A DNA stretch of 63,932 bases, the filler included, from Nemertoderma westbladi (taxonomy: Eukaryota; Animalia; Xenacoelomorpha): the NCBI GenBank assembly GCA_032718475.1. It is 3 parts of 3 records of this genome, joined end to end, with 100 filler letters (N's around TTAATTAATTAA, not from the genome) between each part and the next. Parts side by side here need not be neighbours in the genome. Positions count along the whole stretch, not along the records: positions 18,664 to 49,078 come from JAUCBJ010005257.1; 2 more parts are not named here. The stretch is one strand, 5' to 3'. The notes under the pieces were generated by a model. The model was given only the letters and a program-made list of their open reading frames with translations. It made no database searches and was not told where the DNA came from. Below are positions 26,044 through 39,239 of this stretch, in pieces (within the stretch, counting starts at the first letter, position 1; every line of letters begins with the position of its first letter). Made by a program: the position numbers and the translations under genes.

Positions 26044-27177
26044 CTTCTCTCCGGTGTGGGTTTTCAAATGTCGCTTCAGTTTAAAGTTATCGGCGCAGGA
26101 ATACGAGCAGAGATCGCATTTAAACGGCCGATCGCCAGTGTGGCTGCGTAGATGCCGCTTCAGCTTACTGATTTCCACACTCGCGTACTCACAGTGGGTG
26201 CACTTGTGCGGCTTGTAGAGCGTGTGTCTGTAGCGCTGATGGCGCGTCAACTCCCCTTTGGTAACGAAAGCCTGCACGCAGTGCTCGCAGCGGTGCGGCT
26301 TGGAGCCGGTGTGGATGTGCATGTGCTGGTAGAGAAGGGATTGGAAGCGGAAAGTGCGGTCGCAGTTGGGACACTTGTGCGGCCGTTCTCGGTAGTGGGA
26401 TCGGAGGTGTTTCTCTAAGGTCTCCTGACTAAGGGCCGCGTAGTTGTTGCAGATCTCGCATTGGAAGACCTGTGAGTGGTTGGCAGCGTCGATGTCGTTG
26501 TGAATCTGCTTATAAACATCGTAACGGATTTCTTTACGGATTCCAACATCTTCTTCTTCTTCTTCCTCTTCTCCCGATCCCTCATTGTCGCTGCTGTTAT
26601 TACCGGTTTCGTCGACTTCCGCCGCACCTTCCGTCTCCTCGTCTGGTTCATCGTCGGGGAACTCGTAGATCTCGGCGTTGGCTGTTACGGACGGAGTCGG
26701 AGGCGGTTCGTCTTTAACGCGAACGTCAGTGGCAACGTTCGCCGAACTGTGGCCGCCAGGAGGCGCTGACAGTCTGTCTTGTTGCAGCTGGGAGCCCAGC
26801 AACCCCCCGGCCGTGATGCTGGCCACCGGTATGTTAACGACCCGGCCCTCCGTATCCACCATGACCAGACTGAGGACCTCTCCCTCCCCGGTCACAGTGC
26901 CCACCTGGGGCTGCAGCACGATCGGTTGGTTGGAGCCGTCGACCCCAGAGATCTGGATGGGAGTGCCGAGAGTAAAGCTAGACCCGATCCCCAGCGAGGT
27001 CGCGTCCACGGTCGACATAGAGAAAGCGACAGGCGGTGGGGACGCAGACGGTAGCGGGCCAACCTCTTCATTGTCCACCAAGTAAGCGCCTTGCGGTAAC
27101 TGGTTGGAAAATGTTTCAAGGAAATTGTTAACATCAATTCCTTGGTATGTAGGATCACCTCCGGTTGATTCAGCCAT
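26015..27177 (-). CDS. CTCF: CTCF coding exon 1 (N-terminus, ZF1-5, first half of ZF6)
   Basis: AFVTKGELTRHQRYRHT, YASVEISKLKRHLRSHTG and FKLKRHLKTHTGEKPY are CTCF ZF3-5 signatures; acidic YEF motif corresponds to the cohesin-binding YxF; donor AG|GTAAGT. Spliced CDS is 2160 nt (719 aa) with 11 C2H2 fingers. Confidence 0.95.
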
Positions 27178-28849
27178 TGATAAATACTAGGCCTATCTAT
27201 TAATTCAGTTTAAATTGTATTACAAGTATTAGGATGTTAGCAGGTTAGGCCTACGATAAACCAGAATGTATGTATGTATATACCGTGTTATATACTGATA
27301 AAAGATCCAGGGATCAGTCAGACAGTCCGTACCGGTACTCACTACTCAGTTAGTCTGTAGATCAGTAGATAGTACTGTAGTGTAGTAGTATGATGTTGAT
27401 AAGTAAAAACAAATGCTAATCCAAATAAAGTAGGTAGTAGAACAAACAAGCAGACAAGAGTTAAACATTTTTTTTTATTTAAGTACCGCTAATTATATTG
27501 AAATTGAATCCATTACAAATACGAACAAGGCGTTTTAGCACCCGTTGGTCCGATTATGCAGTAAATAAACGAATTATTATGCACACGCAAACTGGCAAAA
27601 TTAAGTGAAATTTCAGAATTAGTTATATATGTATAAAAAATAAGTAGAAAGAAAAAATAAAAATAGATTACGACCTTAGCAGATTAAGTCAATTCAGTAA
27701 AAACAAATTTTAACGAGTTTAAAAAATATTTCCATAAAATTAAAATTAAGTACCTACCGCGCTACCGGTAATTGTTATATACATAAAAAATACGAACGTG
27801 GCGCTATAAATTAATATTAGGCCTAAACCGGTAGTCAGGCAGTCAGGTAGTGGGTATTTATTGCTGTTACCTTATTGCTACCAGGACCAGCTACCACAAC
27901 GACGGATAACATTTCAATGGTAAATTTTTAATGTTTAATGTTTTATAATTTACGGGTGTAGAAAGAAATATCTTATAAGGCACCCACTAACAAAATACAA
28001 GTTATCGGAAGTCGTCATAGTACCAAGTAAAAATAATGAACACCAACATAGATACACAACGATATATTTACCACGTTCACAAAATTTATATAATAAAACT
28101 ACAGTAGTGTTGCTACAGTGTTCAGTATTACGTGTAACCTAAAATGGATATAAATGTTTATGTGTACAGTAGATTAAAAACGGCAATAGTAACGTATATA
28201 CTGTGGAGTGAGCAATGAGTAAAACCAACATAAATACAAATAAAAAATAATAAAAATTAAAATAATAGGCCTATATTCTAAACATATTGCGTCAGTAGTA
28301 CGGTACTGTATATTAATTTTAAAGCAAATTTTGATATTAATTTTTTGTGTAAAGATAGATTAAAACATCAATACTACATGACTACATGTAGAGAAATCAA
28401 ATAATAAACCCAACATCATACTGTATATTTACAATATAATAAGATTACAAATTAAAAAATAAATTTAAAAATTTTAAAAACTTTATTGCGATAGTATAAA
28501 ATAGGCTAAAAATTATATGAACATAATTGTTACAGTAGATTAAAACATCATTATATACATTCGATAATAGTAAGAGATACGACGGTATATAGTGGAAGCA
28601 ATAAAAACCAACATACAATATAATATTTACTAATTCACGAAACTTAATTACACTAGTATAAAATAATGCAAAGTAATTCTAAAAGGGTTGAGACAATTAA
28701 TATAGAAAATAAAAACTAAAATATGACACATTAAATAAAATATCTGCTATGAAACATTCAAATATTGATGTGTGGAGAGACGAGAGAGAGTTAGTGAAAT
28801 AAAATATGGCATTGATTAAATAAAATATAATACAGTAAATTTAAGGGCC

Positions 28850-30085
28850 TTGTCCATGAAACAATAAATAAATAGTGATGTATGAAAGGATTAGACAGAC
28901 CACTGGACCACCATGAAGGGATAAACTTTAAGGGGTAAACAGAATCAAATAGGTTCAAATTGTGCTTGAAAGAGTCCAGTGAGGGAGACATCACTACAGT
29001 TTCTGACAGCGCATTCCAGGCTGCCAGGGGTCAATGACTCTGAAATGGAATGTGGATTGTCTCGAAAGCAAACGCGCCCGTGGTTTAAGTAGTTTCATCG
29101 AGTGTCCACATCGGCTGCTGGTATCTAATGAGAAATACTGGCGGTAGTCTACATTATCCAATCCTTTAAGCAACCGATAGACGATAGACCTGGACTAAAT
29201 CCGCTCGGTGGCGCCGATATTCCAATGTGGGAAGTCCGAGTCTTCGAAGGCGATTTGGATAGGATAAAGGCCAAAGGCGGGGTAGCTCAGTTGGTTGAGC
29301 GCCGGGCCAGCAATCTATGGTTGTAGGTTCAGCCCCACCAGGGTCCACTCAGCCTTTCATCCACTGGGGTCGATGAAATGAGTACCGGTACCAGTTAAAT
29401 AACTGGGAGCAAATCTTGGGATAGGAGTAGCACCCACCCCTACCCTCGGGTAGCAGCTATCGAAAGAGGAGCCTTCGGGTCGCCTCCGGCTTCGGCCGAC
29501 TGTTTGCTTTGCTTGCTAAATCCGCTCGGTGGCGCCGATACTCCAATGTCTGAATGTGGGAAGTCCGAGTCTTCGAAGGCGATTTGGATAGGATAAGTCT
29601 TGGAACCAAAGTGGCAATCTCGTCGCTCTACGCTGAACACTCTCGAGTAAGCGAATTTCACCAACTCTAGGCGACCAAACAGGTGAGCTGTATCCTACTT
29701 AATTACTATGGCTGTATGGGGCGAACCGATTGATTTATATAAACTAATAAACATAATGTCATCAAGGTGTTTAAAGCTTCGATAAATGAGTCCCAGAGTG
29801 CGATTTGCTTTTTTAGTTACCGGTCTGCCGGTACTGCAGCAATACAGCAATATGTTTTGTAAATTTCAGGTTATTCTCATTCTGAAATATAACTCCAAGA
29901 TCTTTCTCCCAAGTTGTAGTTTATAATCCAGAACCTCCCAAGTGGTAAGTGTGTTGTGGATTGTTGTATCCAAGATGCATACTTTTACATTTATCTTGCA
30001 GTCTTGATTATAAAGCAGTTGCCATGTTAAACTCCATTGGTAAAGTCTGTCGAGATCAGGTTGAAGTGGACCAATTGCAGTAACA
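28850..30085 (-). mobile_element. Degenerate CR1-type LINE 3' part, interrupted by a SINE
   Basis: LQPDLDRLYQWSLTWQL, LSYPNRLRRLGLPTLEYRRHRADLVQVY and SLDSFKHNL are CR1-like motifs in broken frames. Confidence 0.8.
29268..29515 (+). mobile_element. tRNA-derived SINE, apparently full length
   Basis: A box tagctcagttgg, B-box-like ggttcagccc, central actcagcctttcatcc...ggtcgatgaaatgagtacc, (tttgc)-like tail; flanked by a long direct duplication; a 3' fragment recurs near 61157-61180. Confidence 0.8.
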
Positions 30086-30087
30086 GA

Positions 30088-30663
30088 CCGACGAATCTGT
30101 ACAAAAAAGTATAAAATACTATGCAGTGGGTAGATAAAACTCCTATAACTGAGACTCAAAATGTAGGTCATAGTCTTAAAGTAGCCCATATACTGAAGGT
30201 GAAGGATATACTGTATGCTACATTATGTAGGCTATGCAGCTATTTATGTCTGTATACGTACGCCTCTATCTGCAACTTTATTGAGTTCTCCCTCTGCACT
30301 TTTGCGGTCTTGGGGCCGTTTTTTGTGTTTTTTTGAACACAAAGGGCTGCATTAAAACTCATAAGATTGTATTGTAATCGGGGCCTACTCTCTGACTGCT
30401 AGATCAGCCCCCGCTCAATGCATGGCTCGCCCCACAATCAGACAATGCTTTGTTTTATTTTGCACATCATGCAGTCATGTGCGCCCCTCTAAACGATTTG
30501 AACTACACTTGGATACACGTTTTGCAAGCGTTTCTCACTCGTTTGTACTCTTTTGTACTATTTTTGCACTCTTTTATACTATTTTTGCACTTTATTGTAC
30601 TCTTTTGTATTCTTTTGTACTATATTGTACTATTTTGTATTTTTTTGTACAAATTCGTCGGAC
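30088..30663. mobile_element. Element with inverted termini and ttttgtac subrepeats
   Basis: ccgacgaatctgtacaaaaaagtataaaata is the inverse of tattttgtattttttgtacaaattcgtcgg. Confidence 0.6.
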
Positions 30664-30769
30664 CCGCAACAGGAGAGAGGGTGAAAATTATGCTAGCCTT
30701 TGAACGGGCTGCCGGGCGCGTCTTGCGCTATGTAACGATACCGTTAGCTTTCGAGTAATTGACGACAGT

Positions 30770-31120
30770 AACCGTTTAACCGAAACTGTAGTTTCATCCC
30801 CAGATCCCCGGCTCTCAACGCATTTAAATCAAGGCTCAATGTACACTTAACAACTCATCGATGTTATCTATAATTGGTGTAGCTGTAGAGCTCTTGACAC
30901 ATCAATCGGTGGATGTGGCATACTTAGATTTCAGAAAGGCATTTGACAGTTTGACTCAGTACCACACAAACGTCTCATTGATAAAATACGTGCGCTCGGT
31001 GTCTCTATATGGTAATCTACTTCGGTGGTTGACTTATTTTTTATCAGGGCGCAAACAATGAACAACGAGTAGTCGTAGCTGGAGAACACTCAGAATGGCT
31101 GCCAGTTCTTAGTGGATGGC
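30770..31120 (+). mobile_element. CR1-type RT fragment
   Basis: VDVAYLDFRKAFD and GNLLRWLTYFLSGRKQ motifs. Confidence 0.75.
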
Positions 31121-31250
31121 TCTTTCCGGTTTCAGGGGCACTGAATTTTTAACAACTGCAGTATTTTACTGTCAACTGTTATTTATTGTACCGGTTCACC
31201 AGTATTGGTGTACTGTAGGTACAGGTGTATAAACATAACCTGGCGGTACC

Positions 31251-31798
31251 GGTACATGCTAAAAAGTAGAATGATCTAGAATGACCTAGAATGAGCTAGA
31301 ATGACCTAAGAATGGGCTATGAGAATATGATAGAATGCAAGAATGATCTAGAATTATCTAGAATGACATAAGAATCACCTAGAACAAACTCTGTTGAGAT
31401 GATAGAATGCAATACCGACCTATACCGAGCTATAACAAGATAAGAATCACCTAGAATGAGCTATTATTATTAGTAATACTATTATTTGTAGTAAATATGC
31501 TCGCTTAGAAGAATGCTGCTTACTACCGCTTGTTTATGTCCGGCACTAATAGGCTTCCGGTATGTAGTATCCAAAACCGAAGCGCTGTAAGTAAAGAACT
31601 TATCCACTACCTGCTCTTTACTAGAAATCGCCATACTACGGCATATTGCTGGCTCTCGGAAAAACGATTCATTTTATATTGCATTCTATCATATCCTCAT
31701 AGCTCATTCTAGGTGATTCTTAGGTCATTCTAGCTCATTCGAGGTCATTCTAGATCATTCTAGCTCATTCTAGCTCATTCCACTTTTTAGCATGTACC
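31251..31798. mobile_element. Foldback-type element with 11-bp subrepeats in its arms
   Basis: ggtacatgctaaaaagt...actttttagcatgtacc inverted termini; (agaatgacct/agaatgagct)n on the left is mirrored by (tcattctag)n on the right. Confidence 0.8.
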
Positions 31799-34599
31799 TA
31801 ACTGGCACCTGGCAACAGCTTCCATCAGTCCATTATGTAGTCTCAGACGCAGACCACACACTGACAAACTCATGTTGGCTGCAGTACCTGTAATAACTAT
31901 ACTTGCTGGTATTGTTACTTTGGGGATCGTCTGACCGTCCCTTAAAACACTTATCTACTTATATATATATTTATATATACAGATATAGGCCTACACAGCT
32001 ATACGGTACCATGTTTATGAAACACTTTTTACAATTTTTTTCATTAACATTTTTTTTTCTACCGACTGTCTGACCATATGGTTTCCCTCAATTAGTAATG
32101 TGATCGTTTATTGTATTGGTTAGAAAAGTCCGCATCTGTAACCTGCTCCTTTCTCTCAATTGGTAAACTGGCTGTTTATTGTTTTGGAGTTTGGTAAAGC
32201 CAGAAAGCAGTAAAGTGATCGTATATTGTTTTGGTTAGAAAAGCCCGCCTCTGCAACCTGCTCCTTTCCCACAATTGGTAAAGAGCGGCCGTTTATTGTT
32301 TTGGTTAGAAAAGCCTGTCTAAAGTAACCCTGTACTGTAACCTGCTGCTTTGTATTGTTTAATACTCGTACCGGTATTTCTATTTTATTATACTTCAGAT
32401 TTTGCGGTTATGTAGCCTATAATAAAAATATTGATTGAGAACCATGTTTATAATAATTTATATAATAATTTTTTTTCCATAATTTTTGGGAAAATTTTTG
32501 AGTAGGGTCTGCATCATTGTCCAGAATAGGGTGTTTCCCTTCACTTCTATGGGGCTTTCTATTATTCCTTCCTGTCCCAAATACGTCGTGTAATGATTTC
32601 CAACCTGTCCAATATAGGGGCATCCAATCAAATCATCATATGAGCCAACTCCTCATCATCGGACCAATACCAACATTCCTAAAGTTAGGCATCTCCCTTA
32701 TTGGCTATATAATGTAAAGGTTAATGGAAAATTCCACTGATATATAATCCAAGTGTCAGCTATGAATCCGGGGCTCATTATAACAACCTATACTGGACAG
32801 AGCAACGTATTTGGGACAAGAGCTGGTTGAAGTATATGTACAGTGGAAATTCCCATTCTAAATAAGGGCATTTGGAATACATGTTCCCTAGTTATGGTTA
32901 AAGATATACTGTGGGTGCCTTGCAAATGGCCTGTAAGACTGTGATGCATTATAGGCTATAGTGTCATCATAGTCACGTTGTTTCATTTCATGTTGTGCAA
33001 TTTATTCATATTGTGTAATTTATTCATGTTGTTCAATTTATTCATTGTGCAATTTATTCATGTGGTGCAATTTATTCACTTATAATAAATCTAAATACAT
33101 CCGTATAATAATAATTAAATGACAATCAAATTAGTGATATCGAAACCTCCTCCCCCAGACTCAACTTCATCCCAAATAGTGATTAATAAGTCTTAAATTT
33201 GACTCAAATAGGTTGCTTGTGTCCCATATAGGGTGTTTGTGTCTGAAGGCATTCCAGAAAGCGACCAGTAAGCAAGCAAGCAACAGCGACAACATGAACA
33301 AAAATATGAATTTTTTTTAGTTACATTTTTTTTTTATTTACATTTTTTAGTTGTAAACATGTTATATACTGTAGTTGTGGTATGCAGTAAAATTCATGTA
33401 ATTCTGACCAGAACTACACTGTTGTCCCATGATATATCAAACCTCACTGCTTTGAGGTGACACAATGCGGCCCAAGCCGACAATGTAGGGTGCATGTTGG
33501 GACTAGTTCTCATAACTTTGACTTGATTTTTTTTTGTCCTATCAACTTTTTTCAGTTTTGTTACATATTAAACACTGTCAGAAAATCAAAATTAAAAAAA
33601 AACTTTTTTTGGACCACCCTAATATTATATGTTAATAAATTCACAAAGAAGGACAGGACAGACTGACACGACGGTTTTCAATATCTGTGCGAATGTTTAT
33701 TCCCTTAACATTCTCATTGCTGCTTCTATCAGTCTATACTACTATGTTAGTGCCATATACTGTAGCAACCAACAACATTCTATAGCCAGGTTGGTGGAAA
33801 AACAGTTCAAAAATAAATCACGGTTGGTTAGTTTTCCAAGCGGCGTCAAGAAGAGTTAACTGGTTAATACAGTAGGTACTGCACGGCTGGCGCATCCCGG
33901 GGCTGGCGGAAACCGGCTGTCACTCATCCTGGACCTGTCCTGTATTGTTTATTTGACATAAGGTAGTGGCAGCCACACCTTTAAATCACTTAGCTTTAAC
34001 TAGGCCTACCTGTCTTCAGTCTGCATGCGTGCTGTACATATCTTACTGGTCCGCAATGCCTAATCTCTAAAATCACATACGGATTATTCTCCGTAGGAAT
34101 CCATTACATTTACATACGCACATACGCGTATGTACATACGGATACGGCAAATGCATACGATACGGATACGGCGAAAAGTTATACCCGAATCCCATATAAT
34201 GATAGTATGCTGAACATACGTTAGCGAGAGACCGAATCAAAGGCTTTGAAGAAGTCAACAAAGATAACAGCCAGATGTCTGTCTTTCTTTTTTGATTTCA
34301 ATTATCCTACTGTATAAGTGCCAAAATGGGTTCCATGGTCCCACGACCGACGACATTTACGGAACCAATTTTGCTTTTCAGATAAGGGGGGGGGGGGGGG
34401 GGGGGGGGGGAGGACTGGGCGCAATAAAAATGCATATCTCCTCCAAGGGAAATTGGACGCAAATAACAGCTGATTACTCTCAAAAATAAAACTGCAACCT
34501 GTTCTATTGTGTTTAGATTATTGTTTTTGTTGTAGACCAAGTGTATACAACTATAATACCGGTATCGGTATTGTAAGAACAACCATGATAATACAAATC

Positions 34600-35796
34600 T
34601 ACATCAATACTCCCCCTAAAAATAATTGAGACATATACATATGTAGAAACAATTTTCAATAGGAGTTAATAGTCAGGGCGTTAACTATAAGTATACAATC
34701 CTGACTTAGTTCAAATTTAAATGTAAGAAATTTAAATTTAAGTAGATAAATTCTAATCTAAGTTGTAAGTAGATTCAATTCTATTCAAGGTTCTTGAATT
34801 AATCACTATGAGTAGTTTACAGCGAACCACGTTTTTTGCGCTGAGGAACTTTACAGTCGGTCTGGTGGCTTTCCCCGATTTGATCGCTGTGGGTATCTTT
34901 TAACAGTTGCTGGGGTAACCAATGACGTCACTTGCGATTCCACAGTTTGACTAGAACCACCAATCGGAATAACAGGCATCGATGATGGATGACCAGAGCT
35001 TTGCTCAGTAGTAAGGGTAGAAGCTCCAGGATTTGGAGGGATATCCCCATCAGATGATGAATACATAGCCCTACAGTAGGCCGGGGTGGTGGAGATTGGG
35101 CATTGGGCTATACTGTAGCATCATGTTCACCACTCACCATATCTGGAAAATCGCGTGATAAGGGAGTTTCTCTCACCTTTAATTGGTCAATATGACGGCG
35201 AACCGCTACATCACCGACTCTAACACGGAACATCGTTGGAGATATCTGACTTTCAATTCGACCAGCTTCTCAGCCAGACCATCTGGGACCGAACGAAACT
35301 TGTAAGAATATACAGTATCATATCGGATGGTGACTTGTTATCTAGACAACGTCGTGGAGCGCTTCGAAAATCGATTGACAGCGGATGTAATATTAGTGCT
35401 TGCAGCTGTCATGATCTTCCTCAACCCCTTTTTAGTATACTGTACTTGTCGCTCAGCAGCTCCAGTTGAATTTGGGTGGTAAGGAGCTGGATTATCATCA
35501 TGAGCAATACCATAATGTTTGCAAAACAAGTTAAATTCAGTCGAAGCAAATTGTGGACCATTATCAGAAAATAACATGTTGCAAATACCATAAGTTGCAA
35601 TAAATCTCTTCATCAGCTGTACAACTCGAGAGGAGTTTGCTGTTGGGCCACACACATGAACTTCAGGCCACAACGAAAATGAATCAACACAGACTAGAAT
35701 CTGCTTACTACATATTTCACCAAGGTCAATATGAACTCGCTCAAATGGTTTGGTGGTTTGAAATAATGCCTTTCTGTAGAACGTTCTGTTGGCCAA
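34600..35796 (-). mobile_element. Gypsy/Ty3 LTR-retrotransposon integrase remnant
   Basis: PFERVHIDL, VDSFSLWPEV, SDNGPQFAS.EF and PYHPNSTGAAER integrase-core motifs; C-terminal RYPQRSNRGKPPDRL; purine tract agggggag near 34610; frameshifted. Confidence 0.85.
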
Positions 35797-35878
35797 GGCC
35801 TTAAAATAATGTGGACCACCGCACCGTATGAATTAATATCATCAGTGAACATGAATCCGGAACATCGTCATGTCATGA

Positions 35879-35925
35879 GGCGGGAAATTTAATTGTTAAA
35901 TGTGTTCAAATAGGCGGGGGCGGGA
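35879..35925 (+). promoter_or_regulatory. Candidate TTF2 promoter elements (E2F-like site and GC box)
   Basis: GGCGGGAAA at 35879-35887 and ggcgggggcggg at about 35913-35924, about 310-350 bp upstream of the ATG. Confidence 0.4.
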
Positions 35926-36234
35926 CATACTGACATAACACAACCAGATTAATTCAGGCTGCCCTTGAACTGTTGAAACAGCCTACTGCTGTACTGGCCT
36001 AGCACCTCAGCACCTTGTACCGTCAGACCGTAATCTGTAATCAGGTAATCAATAGCAGAATAGTGGCAGTCTATTTCAGTATTGTTACCGGTAAGCAGAG
36101 CAGCAGAGGGCTAGGGCCTACTCCTTAATTGGTGTAATTGGTTGTTTATAGCTGTGAGCTCTGGAGCTGCATGCGACAGTGCGATAATACAGTAATACTG
36201 TACTGCTGTAATTGGTAATACAAAAGACGGAAAG

Positions 36235-37443
36235 ATGGAAGTGAAACTTTGTAAAGGTCACGGAAAGCCTTGCCTCCTAAAGACCGGAGTCAAGGATGGG
36301 CCTAACAAAGGCCTCAGTTTCTATATGTGCAGTCAGAAAGAAAGTTGTTCGTTTGTTACTGAAGCGCGTGGTTACGAGAAATCAATTTCCTGCCCAGTTC
36401 ACCCACAAAATATCGTGGAGATGCAAGCCTTCGTCAGGAGCGAGACTTCGCAAGACTTCCAACATTATTTCCGTTGTATATTATCAAAACAAATTGGTAA
36501 GAAATGGTGTGGCTCTTCGCCGCTTTCAGAACCGCTAAAAATTCAACTAAATAAACCGGTGAAACCGAATCCCGGAGGAGATATAACCAATACTTACAGA
36601 GGCTCATCGACCTCCTGGGATAAATCGGTGCCGCAACACGGTGCTGCACCGAACCGCAACGAGTTTAGGCCTATAAGACCGGAACAACCTCATGTGAAGG
36701 AATCGGGAGGTCCGGATTCTGCTGCTGGTAAGTCTGAAGACGATGTTATATTTTTACCAGCGGAACCAGTTCGAATCGGACTAAATGTCAACGCGAAGGA
36801 GTTTAAACCTCGGGATAGACAACCTTTAAATAAACCCAAACCGAAGTCGGTTCCGTTAAATTCTACCTCGGTTGGAACGCAGGGTGGTGCTTGGCTCGAC
36901 GAGTGGGGCGCTGCTGATGGGTTCAAGAAAGACGACAAGGATGATAGCGTGCGGATTCTGGAGCCGCATTCGGGTTACTACCCGATGTTTAAGGAGCAGT
37001 TGAGTTCGCAACTACACCGGGTGTTTACCTGGGGTGTCAGCCAGTTCTCCGCGGGAGGGGAACACGCGAGTAAGCTGAATCTACCCGCGAGTAAACTCTA
37101 CGGGGGTACGATGTCGCAAGCGCGGTCTCGGGAAGTGACCACGGTTACCATGGAGAGTATAGCCCGTCTACACGGGTCATTAGAGAATCGGCCAACCAAA
37201 GAGAGTGAGTTACCGGACCCGGGGGGGTTGAAGGTCACGTTGATGTCTCATCAGCGACAGGCTTTGGCGTGGTTGACATGGCGGGAGAACCAGCACCCGT
37301 TGGGCGGGATTCTGGCCGACGATATGGGACTCGGGAAGACTTTGACGATGATAGCGCTGCATCTCAAGTGGTCAGAGTTGGTCGTCCAGGCAAATAAAGA
37401 GGCCAAGACGGAGTCTAACGATGAAGCTGATAGCGACTTTAAG
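36235..37443 (+). CDS. TTF2: TTF2/lodestar SNF2-family ATPase, exon 1
   Basis: N-terminal GRF-type zinc finger CKGHGKPCLLKTGVKDGPNKGLSFYMC; HQRQALAWL and GGILADDMGLGKT (motif I); phase-0 donor AAG|GTTACC is weak but frame-compatible. Confidence 0.9.
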
Positions 37444-37751
37444 GTTACCTACCCTAAAGGAGTTACTATTACATTATATAATAAACATACCGCCAGTTAG
37501 ATAGTTAGGTTCATCACATAATTAATATAATAATAACTTCGATAAATATTGAGAACAAATAGGTTTTGATATTTCAAATAAAAAAATGTACTAATTATTA
37601 ATAATTAATTAATATTGCAAAAAACTAATTTAATTTAACCATCCTATTATCCTATCATTACTGCATTAAACTAATTATTGTTACTTCCTTTATTCAAATT
37701 AGAACTATCACTAATATCATTGGTAATAATAATAATTAATTGTTTAATCAG

Positions 37752-39155
37752 GTCAACTCAGATTCCTCCAAAACCTCCTCTTCTATGGGCGACTGGTTGT
37801 CTAAGAAGTCCCCCGCTGTACCCCTAACCTCCACCGCGACCCTCATTGTCTGTCCCGCCTCCGTTCTCCACCAATGGCATCGCGAGATAGAACGTCGTGT
37901 GGACGTCGGCCTCCTACGAACCTACATCTACCACGGCTCGGCTCGCGAAACCAACGCGAAACGACTCGCCTCCAACGACATGGTGCTAACGACCTACGGA
38001 ACGGTGGCCGCCGAGATGAAACCGGTGACGGAACGCTCCATAGCGGAACAGCGTTACTACGAACCGGCTGGGGACATTCCGGAAGGTTCCGGGGAGCTTC
38101 CGGTCCTCGGAAAGGTCCGCTGGGATCGGATAGTGTTGGACGAAGCTCACACCATAAAGAATCCCAAGAGTCAGGCGGCTATAGCGGTGACGTCATTGCG
38201 TAGTCGAGCGCGTTGGGCGGTGACCGGCACCCCGATACACAACAAACTCTTAGACATGTACTCCTTGCTGCGGTTCCTTCGCTGCTCCCCGTTCGACGAG
38301 TACAAGTTGTGGAAACGGCAGGTGGATAACTCGTCGGAGCTCGGCCGCAATCGGTTGGAGACTGTGGTTAAAGCCGTGCTCCTCCGACGGACTAAAAGCG
38401 AACTGGGTGTGGATAACAAGCCGTTGGTAACTCTACCGGAGAAGGTTGTTATCGAGCACAAGGTTGAGTTGTCGGCCGATGAGCGGGCCGTTTACGATGT
38501 CATGTTCACTCACTCGACGAGCGTTATGTCAAATTATCTTCAAGATAAAAATGATCCTGGGTCGTTGTCGAGTGGGTCTGCTGGTCGGGTCGCCTCTGGG
38601 TCGGCTGGTCGGGTCGCCTCTGGGTCTGCTGGTGGGGTCGCCTCTGGGTCTGCTCTCTCGGTGACTCACACTGGCGGCGCCGACACCGCCTGGGTCGATA
38701 AATTCTACGCCACGATGAACCAACACGGGGGCATCGCTTTTATCCTCGTCCTTCTGTTGCGTCTCCGACAGATCGCCACCCATATGGGTCTCCTCAAGGA
38801 AGTTATAGACGCCAACGACGTGGAAGAAGACGCCGACAAACAGGCGGGTATAGACCTCGCGGATAAACTCTTGGAGATGAGTATCTGCGAAGATTCTTCT
38901 AAGAAAACTTGGCAATCCAATAAGATGAGTTCCAAGTTAACGTTGTTGATGGAAAAGGTAACTGAGATCCGTTGTAGATCAGTTGAAGCCGGTAGGAAGA
39001 TCGTCATTGTCTCCCAGTGGAAGAAACTCCTCCATATAATAGCCGTCGAGTTGACTTCGCGACGCTTAAAGTATTTCATTATTGAGGGTTGTGTTACTGC
39101 GAAGGCGAGGGCTGATGCTATAGACGACTTTAATGATAATCCCAATGGAATTCAG
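37752..39155 (+). CDS. TTF2: TTF2 exon 2
   Basis: Acceptor tttaatcag|; TLIVCPAS, RIVLDEAH, RWAVTGTPIHN, LLRLRQ, KIVIVSQW; donor CAG|GTTAGA in phase 0. Confidence 0.93.
38572..38655 (+). repeat. In-frame 24-bp coding repeat (GSAGRVAS, about 3.5 copies)
   Basis: tgggtctgctggtcgggtcgcctc tandem copies inside TTF2 exon 2. Confidence 0.85.
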
Positions 39156-39239
39156 GTTAGAATATATTTCTTCTGTAATGCGAAGGTATTGTTTGTTGCT
39201 TTTTGTTTGTTTTAGAACATGTTTGTATCTCTTTGTGGG

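Noticed and set aside
22642-27158. Long antisense and alternative-frame ORFs over CTCF (and likewise over TTF2, NOC3L and the receptor exons)
   Set aside because: Shadow ORFs of GC-rich coding sequence with no recognisable motifs.
29276-29350. Possible tRNA gene
   Set aside because: A and B boxes are present but the cloverleaf is degenerate, and it continues into a SINE body and tail.
35338-35796. Domesticated integrase gene head-to-head with TTF2
   Set aside because: Truncated and frameshifted, without a credible start; consistent with a decayed Gypsy element.
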